A stretch of 64,000 nucleotides of DNA from the NCBI RefSeq assembly GCF_964188315.1, contig NC_135656.1, positions 31,000,001-31,064,000 on the forward strand, written 5' to 3'. Position 1 is the stretch's first letter; each line of letters starts with the position of its first letter. The notes beneath the pieces were generated by a model. The model did no database searches, was not told the DNA's origin, and saw only the letters and a list, made by a program, of their open reading frames with translations. The DNA is from Podarcis muralis. Its lineage: Eukaryota. Positions 60,141 through 64,000 of the stretch are shown here, piece after piece. The position numbers were made by a program, and so were the translations under genes.

Positions 60141-62365
60141 TGAACTGTCACATGGGGGAAATCCTTATAGCTTATCACAGTGTTTGCACTGGGCAATGCA
60201 AACATGGTGAGGATAAGCAAGATGGAAGGGCTTATGGGACCAGGGAGCCAGTGCTGGAAGCGTTTTCTGTCTTTGGCAGGGACTTCTCTTCTCCACGGCC
60301 GAATGCCTCCGAGTGCCGGTGGACCTGGTCCGACTGTGGCTGCACGAAGCCACAAGGGTGTACTGCGACAAACTTGTGGAGGAAAAAGATCAGGAGAGCT
60401 TTGGCCGGGTCATGATGGCTACTTGCAAAAAATTCTTTGAGGTAGGGTAGTCATTCTTCTGCCATTCTTCAGCTGATACTCTAGATTCAAGGGTGAATGT
60501 GGACTCTGCCGGGATGCCTGCAGTCCGTTCCATATTAATAAGTAGAAGCGTGGCTGGGAACAAACTTATTTCAAACTTTGTCCAAATCCGCATGGGCTTC
60601 CTTAAAATGAGAATCCAGGAACATTTGAAAATGTCCAGGGCTGGCTCCTGATTTGAGGCAGCCCTGAACAAAAGGCCCTCCCCCCCCCCCCTGTCAATGG
60701 GATCTAGGTACCTTATCTGGCTTCGATGGCAGCACCCCAAGTGGCATTGGACAGCGGGATTTAAGCCTCCTATAAAAATTTTCACCAGCACCCTGGAGCA
60801 ATGCTACTAACTCGGAGCCATTGTGGAGAATTTAAAGGGTGGCTGGTCCCAGTGATTGCTGCTTCGAGTGTGAGGCTAGAAAAAGAATTCATGGGAGTCC
60901 AGGAAAAAGGCCCTGGGGCCCTGGCAGCTACCCAAGGAGTCCAGATGCTAATCCAGCATCATCTGCTGACATCCTCCCTTCCTCATGCCAAATCACAGCT
61001 ATATCACAGTTACCATTTCGAATAGGCACTAGCAGCTGTAGCAGAGATGGAGGGATAACACAGAGTTCAGCGACTGACCCTCCCATCCCCCCCATACACT
61101 TGCACCCAGTCCAAATGTTTGCTATCCTTAAAGGTAAAAAGCAGCTTATGGGATTATGTTTGTCCTTTCTGCAGGAGCTAGGTGACAATGTTGTCTTTGC
61201 GAAGCCAAATATTTATTGCCACTTTGCTCAGGGCATTGGCGATCCCAAGTATCTCCCAGTTTCTAACATTCAGTCTCTGAATAAGCTGCTTTCAGAAGCC
61301 CTGGACAGCTACAACGAGGTCAATGCAGTGATGAATTTGGTGAGTGAAGCTGGAACTAAAACCCAGGGAGAAGATGGCAATTACCACGCTGGTCCTGAAA
61401 GGGGTGGTGGTCTTTCTCTTAGGCTTAAAGGTGTAGTCTTAAGTTCTTGCCACTGTTCATTTAGCACATGGGTAGGCAAACTAAGGCCCAGGGGCCGGAT
61501 CCGGTCCAATCACCTTCTAAATCCGGCCGCGGATTGTCTGGGGAATCAGCGTATTTTTACATGAGTAGAATGTGTCCTTTTATTTAAAATGCACCTCTGG
61601 GTTATTTGTGGGGCATAGGAATTCGTTCTTTTCTTTTCTTTTTCCAGAATATAGTCCGGCCCCCCACAAGGTCTGAGGGACAGTGGGGGGCCCCCTGCTG
61701 AAAAAGTTTGCTGACCCCTGATTTAGCATATTCCTGCAGTCAATAGCTTAAATCCATTGAAGTTCTGAATGCAAAATGTCCCGAGTTGTACAAAGTTGGG
61801 GGTGGGAGAGGAGCAGAAATGGTGTGCTCCGGTGGAGTTGAGTAAATAGGTGGTTATTTTAAAATTATAAAAGAGAAATGCACCAGTAAGGGTGGAAATA
61901 GTCAGGTGGGGCATTGGCTAAGATAAATGGCGTTGTGAAACATTTATCCAAAAAAACTACAGGGACATCATGTTAAAGTTACTGGGGGCAGGCTATTTGT
62001 TGTTCCAAAAAACCCAGATCACAAATTAGGACAGGACGCATCAGATGTGGGCTGAGCAAAGTAGCCCATACTAATAAAATCCATGCTAAAATTGGTTGGT
62101 ATATAGGCCATAATGTTAGACTTTTGTATTATTGTGGGCTGTGCTATTAATAATCCTTCCTTGGCTATTGCAGGTGCTGTTTGATGATGCTGTCTCCCAC
62201 GTCTGCAGGATCAATCGCATCTTAGAGTCTCCCAGAGGGAATGCTTTGCTAGTGGGCGTCGGAGGGAGTGGCAAGCAGAGCCTGTCTCGGTTGGCAGCCT
62301 ATATCAGCGCCTTGGATGTGTTTCAGATCACGCTGAAGAAAGGCTATGGGATTCCAGACCTCAAA
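7417..62365 (+). CDS. DNAH17: Dynein axonemal heavy chain 17, spliced CDS of 53 exons in the window (2837 codons), 3'-incomplete
   Basis: Exons joined at GT-AG sites with consistent phase give one ORF. It has four P-loops ([32 protein letters not shown]). N-terminal segments ([57 protein letters not shown]) match my recollection of DNAH17 rather than DNAH9/11. Paralogue assignment is from memory, not a database search. Confidence 0.93.
8202..8647 (-). mobile_element. Probable solo LTR (446 bp) in DNAH17 intron 1
   Basis: TG...CA termini (TGTGAAGG / CCCTGACA); 5-bp TSD CCTGG at 8197-8201 and 8648-8652; CpG-rich interior; orientation inferred from the TGTCAGG start on the minus strand. Confidence 0.7.
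9205..9914 (-). mobile_element. L2-clade LINE, 5'-truncated 3' end
   Basis: ORF 9403-10011 reads [10 protein letters not shown]...QNAAARLL...LHWLPV...RAFS..AP.WWNAL; (ATT)n tail. Confidence 0.9.
10666..10859 (+). CDS. DNAH17: DNAH17 coding exon 2
   Basis: [17 protein letters not shown]...DMFD; AG/GT flanks; ends in phase 2. Confidence 0.93.
11520..11712 (+). CDS. DNAH17: DNAH17 coding exon 3
   Basis: [14 protein letters not shown]...CINEQ; donor GTAAGT. Confidence 0.95.
11819..11918 (+). CDS. DNAH17: DNAH17 coding exon 4
   Basis: [10 protein letters not shown]...KDVSA; AG/GT flanks. Confidence 0.95.
12036..12121 (+). CDS. DNAH17: DNAH17 coding exon 5
   Basis: [12 protein letters not shown]...ADYHQ; AG/GT flanks. 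Confidence 0.95.
12692..12852. mobile_element. Short hAT-type MITE
   Basis: TIR CAGTGGC(A/G)GA; perfect 8-bp TSD CCTACAAG at 12684-12691 and 12853-12860. Confidence 0.85.
13211..13336 (+). CDS. DNAH17: DNAH17 coding exon 6
   Basis: [10 protein letters not shown]...LFIEL; AG/GT flanks. Confidence 0.95.
13881..14570. mobile_element. Non-autonomous hAT (Charlie-like) element with GC-rich interior
   Basis: TIR CAGTGTTTCCCAA; perfect 8-bp TSD GCATAAGG at 13873-13880 and 14571-14578; repeated subterminal GTGTGCCG motifs. Confidence 0.93.
14808..14963 (+). CDS. DNAH17: DNAH17 coding exon 7
   Basis: [20 protein letters not shown]...PKFFK; AG/GT flanks. Confidence 0.95.
15082..15375 (-). mobile_element. 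L1/Tx1-like LINE 3' fragment; boundaries approximate
   Basis: Minus strand reads [22 protein letters not shown], followed by an A-rich 3' UTR. Confidence 0.5.
16552..16638 (+). CDS. DNAH17: DNAH17 coding exon 8
   Basis: [10 protein letters not shown]...LKTIE; donor GTGAGA. Confidence 0.95.
16703..16744. repeat. (GT)n microsatellite
   Basis: Read directly. Confidence 0.97.
17002..17169 (+). CDS. DNAH17: DNAH17 coding exon 9
   Basis: [19 protein letters not shown]...DPADE; AG/GT flanks. Confidence 0.95.
17412..17528 (+). CDS. DNAH17: DNAH17 coding exon 10
   Basis: [20 protein letters not shown]...ESAVK; AAG acceptor. Confidence 0.93.
18559..18787. mobile_element. MITE family B (pogo-like, asymmetric TIRs)
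   Basis: Left end CAGTCATACCTCGGGTT, right end (rc) CAGTGGATGCTCGGGTT; TA flanks. Confidence 0.85.
19272..19540 (+). CDS. DNAH17: DNAH17 coding exon 11
   Basis: [12 protein letters not shown]...[12 protein letters not shown]...AIDH; donor GTGAGT. Confidence 0.95.
19678..19873 (+). CDS. DNAH17: DNAH17 coding exon 12
   Basis: VMFSSEAKL...VNFSKE; AG/GT flanks. Confidence 0.95.
20286..20345. repeat. (GGTTT)n pentanucleotide repeat
   Basis: Read directly. Confidence 0.97.
20588..20734 (+). CDS. DNAH17: DNAH17 coding exon 13
   Basis: [11 protein letters not shown]...GWYNK; AG/GT flanks. Confidence 0.95.
20738..20772. repeat. (TATC)n microsatellite abutting the exon 13 donor
   Basis: Read directly. 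Confidence 0.95.
21659..21767 (+). CDS. DNAH17: DNAH17 coding exon 14
   Basis: [14 protein letters not shown]...YWSNE; AG/GT flanks. Confidence 0.93.
23134..23697 (+). mobile_element. L2-clade LINE 3' end (second subfamily)
   Basis: [13 protein letters not shown]...QNAAARLV...[15 protein letters not shown]; (ATT)n tail. Confidence 0.88.
23786..23889 (+). CDS. DNAH17: DNAH17 coding exon 15
   Basis: [10 protein letters not shown]...GQLMQ; AG/GT flanks. Confidence 0.93.
24046..24186 (+). CDS. DNAH17: DNAH17 coding exon 16
   Basis: [12 protein letters not shown]...IQAMVE; AG/GT flanks. Confidence 0.95.
24986..25046. repeat. Three-unit minisatellite of about 20 bp (GATCATGTATTTGACATCT)
   Basis: Read directly. 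Confidence 0.85.
25261..25404 (+). CDS. DNAH17: DNAH17 coding exon 17
   Basis: ENAELFKAD...NMSAD; AG/GT flanks. Confidence 0.95.
26002..26127. mobile_element. Small TIR element (126 bp)
   Basis: TAAGGTTACCAGAT ... ATCTGGTAACCTTA, a perfect 14-bp inverted repeat. Confidence 0.7.
26699..26881 (+). CDS. DNAH17: DNAH17 coding exon 18
   Basis: [13 protein letters not shown]...[13 protein letters not shown]; weak pyrimidine tract at the acceptor. Confidence 0.92.
27895..28149 (+). CDS. DNAH17: DNAH17 coding exon 19
   Basis: [15 protein letters not shown]...QFQLQ; donor GTGAGG. Confidence 0.95.
28801..28970 (+). CDS. DNAH17: DNAH17 coding exon 20
   Basis: [10 protein letters not shown]...[10 protein letters not shown]...NHVTT; AG/GT flanks. 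Confidence 0.95.
29258..29620 (+). mobile_element. Sauria SINE
   Basis: GGGAC(A/G)CGGGTGGCGCTGTGG head; (ACCTTT)n tail; 14-bp TSD ATCAGGTC(A/C)CCCAA. Confidence 0.92.
30675..30899. mobile_element. MITE family A variant
   Basis: CAGTGGTACC...GGTACCACTG TIRs; left TA mutated to TG. Confidence 0.85.
31201..31423 (+). CDS. DNAH17: DNAH17 coding exon 21
   Basis: [10 protein letters not shown]...[13 protein letters not shown]...HMQLH; donor GTGAGT. Confidence 0.95.
31916..32032 (+). CDS. DNAH17: DNAH17 coding exon 22
   Basis: [11 protein letters not shown]...CQQFE; AG/GT flanks. Confidence 0.95.
33327..33413 (+). CDS. DNAH17: DNAH17 coding exon 23
   Basis: [10 protein letters not shown]...YKSLNK; AG/GT flanks. 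Confidence 0.95.
33797..33949 (+). CDS. DNAH17: DNAH17 coding exon 24
   Basis: QQRMITNME...[25 protein letters not shown]; donor GTAAGA. Confidence 0.95.
35022..35270 (+). CDS. DNAH17: DNAH17 coding exon 25 (linker/DHC_N2 region)
   Basis: [13 protein letters not shown]...NPAIRDRHW...MEATQ; AG/GT flanks. Confidence 0.95.
35369..35491 (+). CDS. DNAH17: DNAH17 coding exon 26
   Basis: [15 protein letters not shown]...ESGMEK; AG/GT flanks. Confidence 0.95.
35646..35887. mobile_element. MITE family A copy
   Basis: Same TIRs and body as 761-1002; TA flanks. Confidence 0.92.
36160..36660 (+). mobile_element. Old L2 3' fragment; boundaries approximate
   Basis: Decayed L2 motifs ([20 protein letters not shown]). 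Confidence 0.65.
36981..37328 (+). CDS. DNAH17: DNAH17 coding exon 27
   Basis: VLKALDSTW...[19 protein letters not shown]...DKDFK; AG/GT flanks. Confidence 0.95.
37418..37509 (+). CDS. DNAH17: DNAH17 coding exon 28
   Basis: [16 protein letters not shown]...SLQK; donor GTAAGG. Confidence 0.95.
38393..38433. repeat. (TAGT)n microsatellite
   Basis: Read directly. Confidence 0.95.
38533..38659 (+). CDS. DNAH17: DNAH17 coding exon 29
   Basis: [26 protein letters not shown]...NDPVE; AG/GT flanks. Confidence 0.95.
39166..39318 (+). CDS. DNAH17: DNAH17 coding exon 30
   Basis: [10 protein letters not shown]...DCSGQ; AG/GT flanks. Confidence 0.95.
39362..39565 (+). mobile_element. Old tRNA-derived MIR/CORE-like SINE
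   Basis: GAGAGCCAGTGTGG..GGTTAGAG head, B-box GGTTCAAATCC, core GGGTGACTTTGGGCCAGTCAC. Confidence 0.75.
39600..39725 (+). CDS. DNAH17: DNAH17 coding exon 31
   Basis: VEVWLNRVL...DYPAQ; donor GTAAGC. Confidence 0.95.
40139..40246 (+). CDS. DNAH17: DNAH17 coding exon 32
   Basis: [14 protein letters not shown]...YNKKQ; AG/GT flanks. Confidence 0.95.
40389..40506. mobile_element. Short hAT-type MITE, related to 12692-12852
   Basis: Right end GCTCCGCCTCTG, decayed left TIR; 8-bp TSD AATGCAAC at 40381-40388 and 40507-40514. Confidence 0.7.
40626..40757 (+). CDS. DNAH17: DNAH17 coding exon 33
   Basis: [11 protein letters not shown]...TIDVHARDV...MILAK; AG/GT flanks. Confidence 0.95.
41237..41395 (+). 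mobile_element. tRNA-Asn-derived SINE with CR1-type tail
   Basis: Head GTCTCTGTGGCGCAA...GGTTCAAGCCCACCCAGGGACG resembles tRNA-Asn; tail TTCCAACTCT...TTCTGTGGTTCTAT. Confidence 0.8.
41505..41665 (+). CDS. DNAH17: DNAH17 coding exon 34
   Basis: [14 protein letters not shown]...[17 protein letters not shown]; AG/GT flanks. Confidence 0.96.
41766..41922 (+). CDS. DNAH17: DNAH17 coding exon 35, AAA1 Walker A
   Basis: CYITLTQSL...[10 protein letters not shown]...[10 protein letters not shown]. Confidence 0.97.
42150..42474 (+). mobile_element. L2 3' end; 5' boundary approximate
   Basis: Same subfamily as 23134-23697; ends in (ATT)n. Confidence 0.8.
42970..43074 (+). CDS. DNAH17: DNAH17 coding exon 36, AAA1 Walker B
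   Basis: SCGNIYKGL...[10 protein letters not shown]...IAVQ. Confidence 0.97.
43503..43873 (+). mobile_element. Sauria SINE
   Basis: Head and (ACCTTT)n tail; 15-bp TSD TAACATTATGAGGTC. Confidence 0.92.
44266..44423 (+). CDS. DNAH17: DNAH17 coding exon 37
   Basis: VKCVQDAIR...[22 protein letters not shown]. Confidence 0.96.
45096..45234 (+). CDS. DNAH17: DNAH17 coding exon 38
   Basis: [17 protein letters not shown]...LLSKQ. Confidence 0.96.
45409..45662. mobile_element. MITE family B copy
   Basis: Left CAGTCATACCTC, right (rc) CAGTGGTACCTC; TA flanks; body related to 18559-18787. Confidence 0.85.
45891..46118 (+). CDS. DNAH17: DNAH17 coding exon 39
   Basis: [14 protein letters not shown]...LNFEK. 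Confidence 0.96.
46444..46581 (+). CDS. DNAH17: DNAH17 coding exon 40, AAA2 Walker A
   Basis: IIKQSVLEL...[17 protein letters not shown]. Confidence 0.96.
46824..46956 (+). CDS. DNAH17: DNAH17 coding exon 41
   Basis: VLKSLNKTY...[12 protein letters not shown]...EWKD. Confidence 0.96.
47716..48065 (-). mobile_element. L2 3' end
   Basis: ORF 47860-48084 reads GPVYLKERL...[19 protein letters not shown]; AT-rich tail. Confidence 0.85.
48157..48284 (+). CDS. DNAH17: DNAH17 coding exon 42
   Basis: GLFSTIMRD...[24 protein letters not shown]. Confidence 0.96.
48376..48524 (+). CDS. DNAH17: DNAH17 coding exon 43
   Basis: [10 protein letters not shown]...[10 protein letters not shown]...LGWN; donor GTGAGT. 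Confidence 0.96.
48908..49260 (-). mobile_element. RTE-clade LINE 3' end (non-BovB) with C-terminal C2H2-like finger
   Basis: Minus strand reads KRFKDCLK...[13 protein letters not shown]...[21 protein letters not shown]; (GAA)n tail. Confidence 0.8.
50422..50704 (+). CDS. DNAH17: DNAH17 coding exon 44
   Basis: VVSSWIERR...[18 protein letters not shown]. Confidence 0.96.
51145..51318 (+). CDS. DNAH17: DNAH17 coding exon 45
   Basis: [12 protein letters not shown]...DVPLQ. Confidence 0.96.
52533..52740 (+). CDS. DNAH17: DNAH17 coding exon 46, AAA3 Walker A
   Basis: ASMVHTTET...VGNAGTGKS...[11 protein letters not shown]; donor GTAAGG. Confidence 0.96.
52752..52791. repeat. (GT)n microsatellite 11 bp after the exon 46 donor
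   Basis: Read directly. Confidence 0.97.
52803..53042 (-). mobile_element. Squam3-like SINE
   Basis: rc GAGAGCCAGTGTGGTGTAGTGGTTAAGAGCGG...GGGTGACCTTGGGCTAGTCAC...GCGGGATATCAAATCCAAA. Confidence 0.85.
53046..53272 (-). mobile_element. Old MIR/CORE-like SINE
   Basis: Related to 39362-39565, in reverse orientation. Confidence 0.7.
53912..54271 (-). mobile_element. BovB (RTE) LINE 3' fragment with inverted 5' segment
   Basis: 53912-54124 on minus reads [18 protein letters not shown]...[13 protein letters not shown] plus tail; 54132-54271 on plus reads [13 protein letters not shown]...[20 protein letters not shown]. Confidence 0.9.
54640..54685. repeat. (ATT)n, tail of an L2 3' remnant (about 54540-54685)
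   Basis: Read directly; preceded by L2 3' UTR sequence GAGTGGCTGGGGAAACCCAGCC. Confidence 0.85.
54817..54982 (+). CDS. DNAH17: DNAH17 coding exon 47, AAA3 Walker B
   Basis: [12 protein letters not shown]...[16 protein letters not shown]...DHGH. Confidence 0.96.
56394..56433. repeat. (GT)n microsatellite
   Basis: Read directly. Confidence 0.97.
56949..57051 (+). CDS. DNAH17: DNAH17 coding exon 48
   Basis: [11 protein letters not shown]...[16 protein letters not shown]. Confidence 0.96.
57270..57417 (+). CDS. DNAH17: DNAH17 coding exon 49
   Basis: [11 protein letters not shown]...VSAAL; donor GTAAGC. Confidence 0.95.
57565..57656 (+). CDS. DNAH17: DNAH17 coding exon 50
   Basis: [31 protein letters not shown]. 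Confidence 0.96.
58698..59230 (-). mobile_element. tRNA-Ile-derived SINE with CR1-type (ATTCTATG)n tail, interrupted by a Sauria SINE
   Basis: rc head GGATAGCTCAGTTGGTTAGAGCATGGTGCTGATA...GGTTCGATTCCCGTA; tail TTCCAACTCTGCCATTCTATGATTCTATG. Confidence 0.82.
58752..59118 (+). mobile_element. Sauria SINE
   Basis: Head and (ACCTTT)3 tail; 11-bp TSD ATCATCTGAGT. Confidence 0.92.
59664..60141 (+). mobile_element. L2 3' end, same subfamily as 9205-9914
   Basis: [22 protein letters not shown]...RARAFS; long (ATT)n tail. Confidence 0.88.
60280..60441 (+). CDS. DNAH17: DNAH17 coding exon 51
   Basis: GLLFSTAEC...[17 protein letters not shown]...KKFFE; absent from the ORF track as a named frame but flanked by AG/GT. 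Confidence 0.95.
61175..61339 (+). CDS. DNAH17: DNAH17 coding exon 52
   Basis: [26 protein letters not shown]...NAVMNL; donor GTGAGT. Confidence 0.96.
61467..61720. mobile_element. hAT MITE
   Basis: TIR CA(T/G)GGGT(A/C)(G/A)GCAAAC; perfect 8-bp TSD ATTTAGCA at 61459-61466 and 61721-61728. Confidence 0.9.
62174..62365 (+). CDS. DNAH17: DNAH17 coding exon 53, AAA4 Walker A (last exon in the window)
   Basis: [17 protein letters not shown]...[14 protein letters not shown]...IPDLK; donor GTGAGA. Confidence 0.96.
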
Positions 62366-63295
62366 GTGAGAAGCAAAGTGGTTTTCTCTAGAGGGTGTCC
62401 CAGTAGAAAAAGAACCATAACTGGTGCCAAATCCCTGATACCCAGAATGCCTCTAGATTGGTCGTTCTTTTGCAGGAGGGATTCAGGTGCATCCGAGAAC
62501 CTTAGGTTTGTGCAGTTAAAGTGGATTAAAGCGCTCTGTTGCCCTAGCACAGTAACACTTCATACATACTCTATGCCTCCCATGAACCTTTTTAAAATTG
62601 GCTGCAAGGCAAGACATGGACTGCCTGTCAGCGCTGCAGCTGCTGCACATAGAGAAAGGTTCTGTGGCCTGAAGAGTTCTGGGAGGTTTTGCCGCTGTAG
62701 GCAAAACGTCCCTTCCCTGCCTTGCCGCCATGGCCCTATTGCCACTGGCCACGCCACTGCAATTGCACCCTTGCCCACGGCTGCTCCCATGCCACGGCAA
62801 GGGCTAAGGTGTTGTGGCAGCGGCGAAACTGGCAGGGTTGGCAACAGTGGGGGTGGGGTGTGTGGCAGATTTGCCACCTGAGGCAAATTGCTTCACCTCA
62901 TCTCATCTGAGTGCTGGCCTTGCTCTCATTCTTAGAATCATCTGCTTTGGCTTCCCATGTCTGTGGAGCTGAGTCAGGGACTAACTTACATATTTTTCAA
63001 GCAAGGAAAGTGCAAGTGAGGAACATATCCTTTTAAAAAGCTGACTATTTTTTGTACACACCTCTGGTTGCTCAGTCCCTCTGCCCCACAATGTGATCTG
63101 AGGTATGTGCACTGTGGTAGTTTTCTTTTCCGGGGGGGGGGGGCGGCGGGGAGAGGGAATAAGTGGCAACGTTTAGCTTTGGTAACACACATCAGTTCTG
63201 TACCCAAGCATAGGTTCTGGTGTTATGACAGCCGTTGCGCTTCTCCAAACTTATTTGGTCAGAGGCATGTTTTGATCTATGGGCTACTTTTAAAA

Positions 63296-63462
63296 TGAGG
63301 CTGCATTTTAAATTGCATTTTAACCTGTATTTTAAATTGGTTTTTATTTTATTTTATTATTATTATTATGTTTTTACTGTAATTTTAATGGCGTTAGCCG
63401 CCCTGGGCCCGGCTCTGGCCGGGGAGGGCAGGGTATAAATAAAAAAATTGATGATGATGATG
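63296..63462 (+). mobile_element. L2 3'-terminal fragment
   Basis: Near-identical to 59961-60100 (ATGAGGCTGCATTTTAAATTGCATTTTAACC...GGGTATAAATAAAA). Confidence 0.8.
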
Positions 63463-63970
63463 TATGTGTTCTGATGCTGAGCCGCAGACAGAGAAAACTC
63501 CTGCCATTGTGTCAGCCTGCTTGGGAAGTGCAAGAGTGGCACCTAGTGTTCACTAGGGAATATGCTGGTTTGTGTTTCCTCCCCGCAATCGCTCTGGCAA
63601 GGGAAACACTTGGCAAGACGAGCCCCAGATCCAAGAAGTGTATCCTTGCAGCTGCTCTCTTTCTGCCGTTTAAAGATATGGCTGGGTGACCGCAGCTCTG
63701 TTCAGGAATCTTGTTCAAAGTAAAGGGGTCACAGTAAGGATGAGGGAGGTATTCGATTCAGTTTGCAATTAAAAAGATAAAACTATCTGATTCCCATTTA
63801 CCCAAACAATGTGTGAACCATAATTTGAACTTTCGCGAAGCAGTTCTCCAGCGAAACTATCTGTACAAAAGTGCATATAGTAGGGGGAAGTGTGAATAAA
63901 TGCTACCCCCCCCAACATAACTTTCAAAATGTATTGTAATAGGAGGAATTTGCTTGCCAAAAAATGTATA

Positions 63971-64000
63971 CAGTGGTACCTCGGGTTAAGTACTTAATTC
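63971..64000. mobile_element. MITE family A, cut by the window edge, opposite orientation, inserted in an older repeat (about 63740-63970)
   Basis: TA|CAGTGGTACCTCGGGTTAAGTACTTAATTC is the reverse complement of the family A right end. Confidence 0.85.

Noticed and set aside
60839-62886. Long ORFs (241, 249 and 108 aa) suggesting separate genes
   Set aside because: The first two are DNAH17 exons 52 and 53 read through into intron or MITE sequence. The 108-aa minus-strand ORF (62560-62886) is intronic and has no recognisable motif.
63474-63960. Possible next DNAH17 exon (expected to begin roughly xDLAxxYIKA)
   Set aside because: No frame in 62366-64000 gives dynein-like sequence, so exon 54 lies beyond the window.

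Overview
Eukaryotic (vertebrate) genomic DNA, almost certainly a squamate and probably a lacertid lizard, judged from Sauria SINE, Squam3-like SINE, BovB, CR1, L2 and lizard-type MITEs. The window is dominated by the 5' two-thirds of one + strand axonemal dynein heavy chain gene that I recognise as DNAH17. I traced 53 coding exons by hand from the ATG at 7417 to 62365. All introns are GT-AG, all phases join, the total is 8511 nt (2837 codons), and I saw no stops or frameshifts in the exons I translated. The exons cover the N-terminal tail, the linker, AAA1-AAA3 and the start of AAA4; the gene continues past the right edge. Introns and the upstream region are packed with transposable elements: TA-flanked Tc1/mariner-pogo MITEs, hAT MITEs with 8-bp target duplications, two solo LTRs with 5-bp duplications, three Sauria SINEs, tRNA-head/CR1-tail SINEs, L2, CR1, RTE, L1-like and BovB fragments, plus microsatellites. 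Nearly all other ORFs in the supplied track are exon read-throughs, TE remnants or GC-rich artefacts. I found no convincing new multi-gene system. The most interesting observations are a 5'-inverted BovB copy, two different tRNA heads on one CR1-tailed SINE body, a CpG-island hAT MITE carrying CRE and GC-box motifs, and two intronic promoter-like motif clusters.
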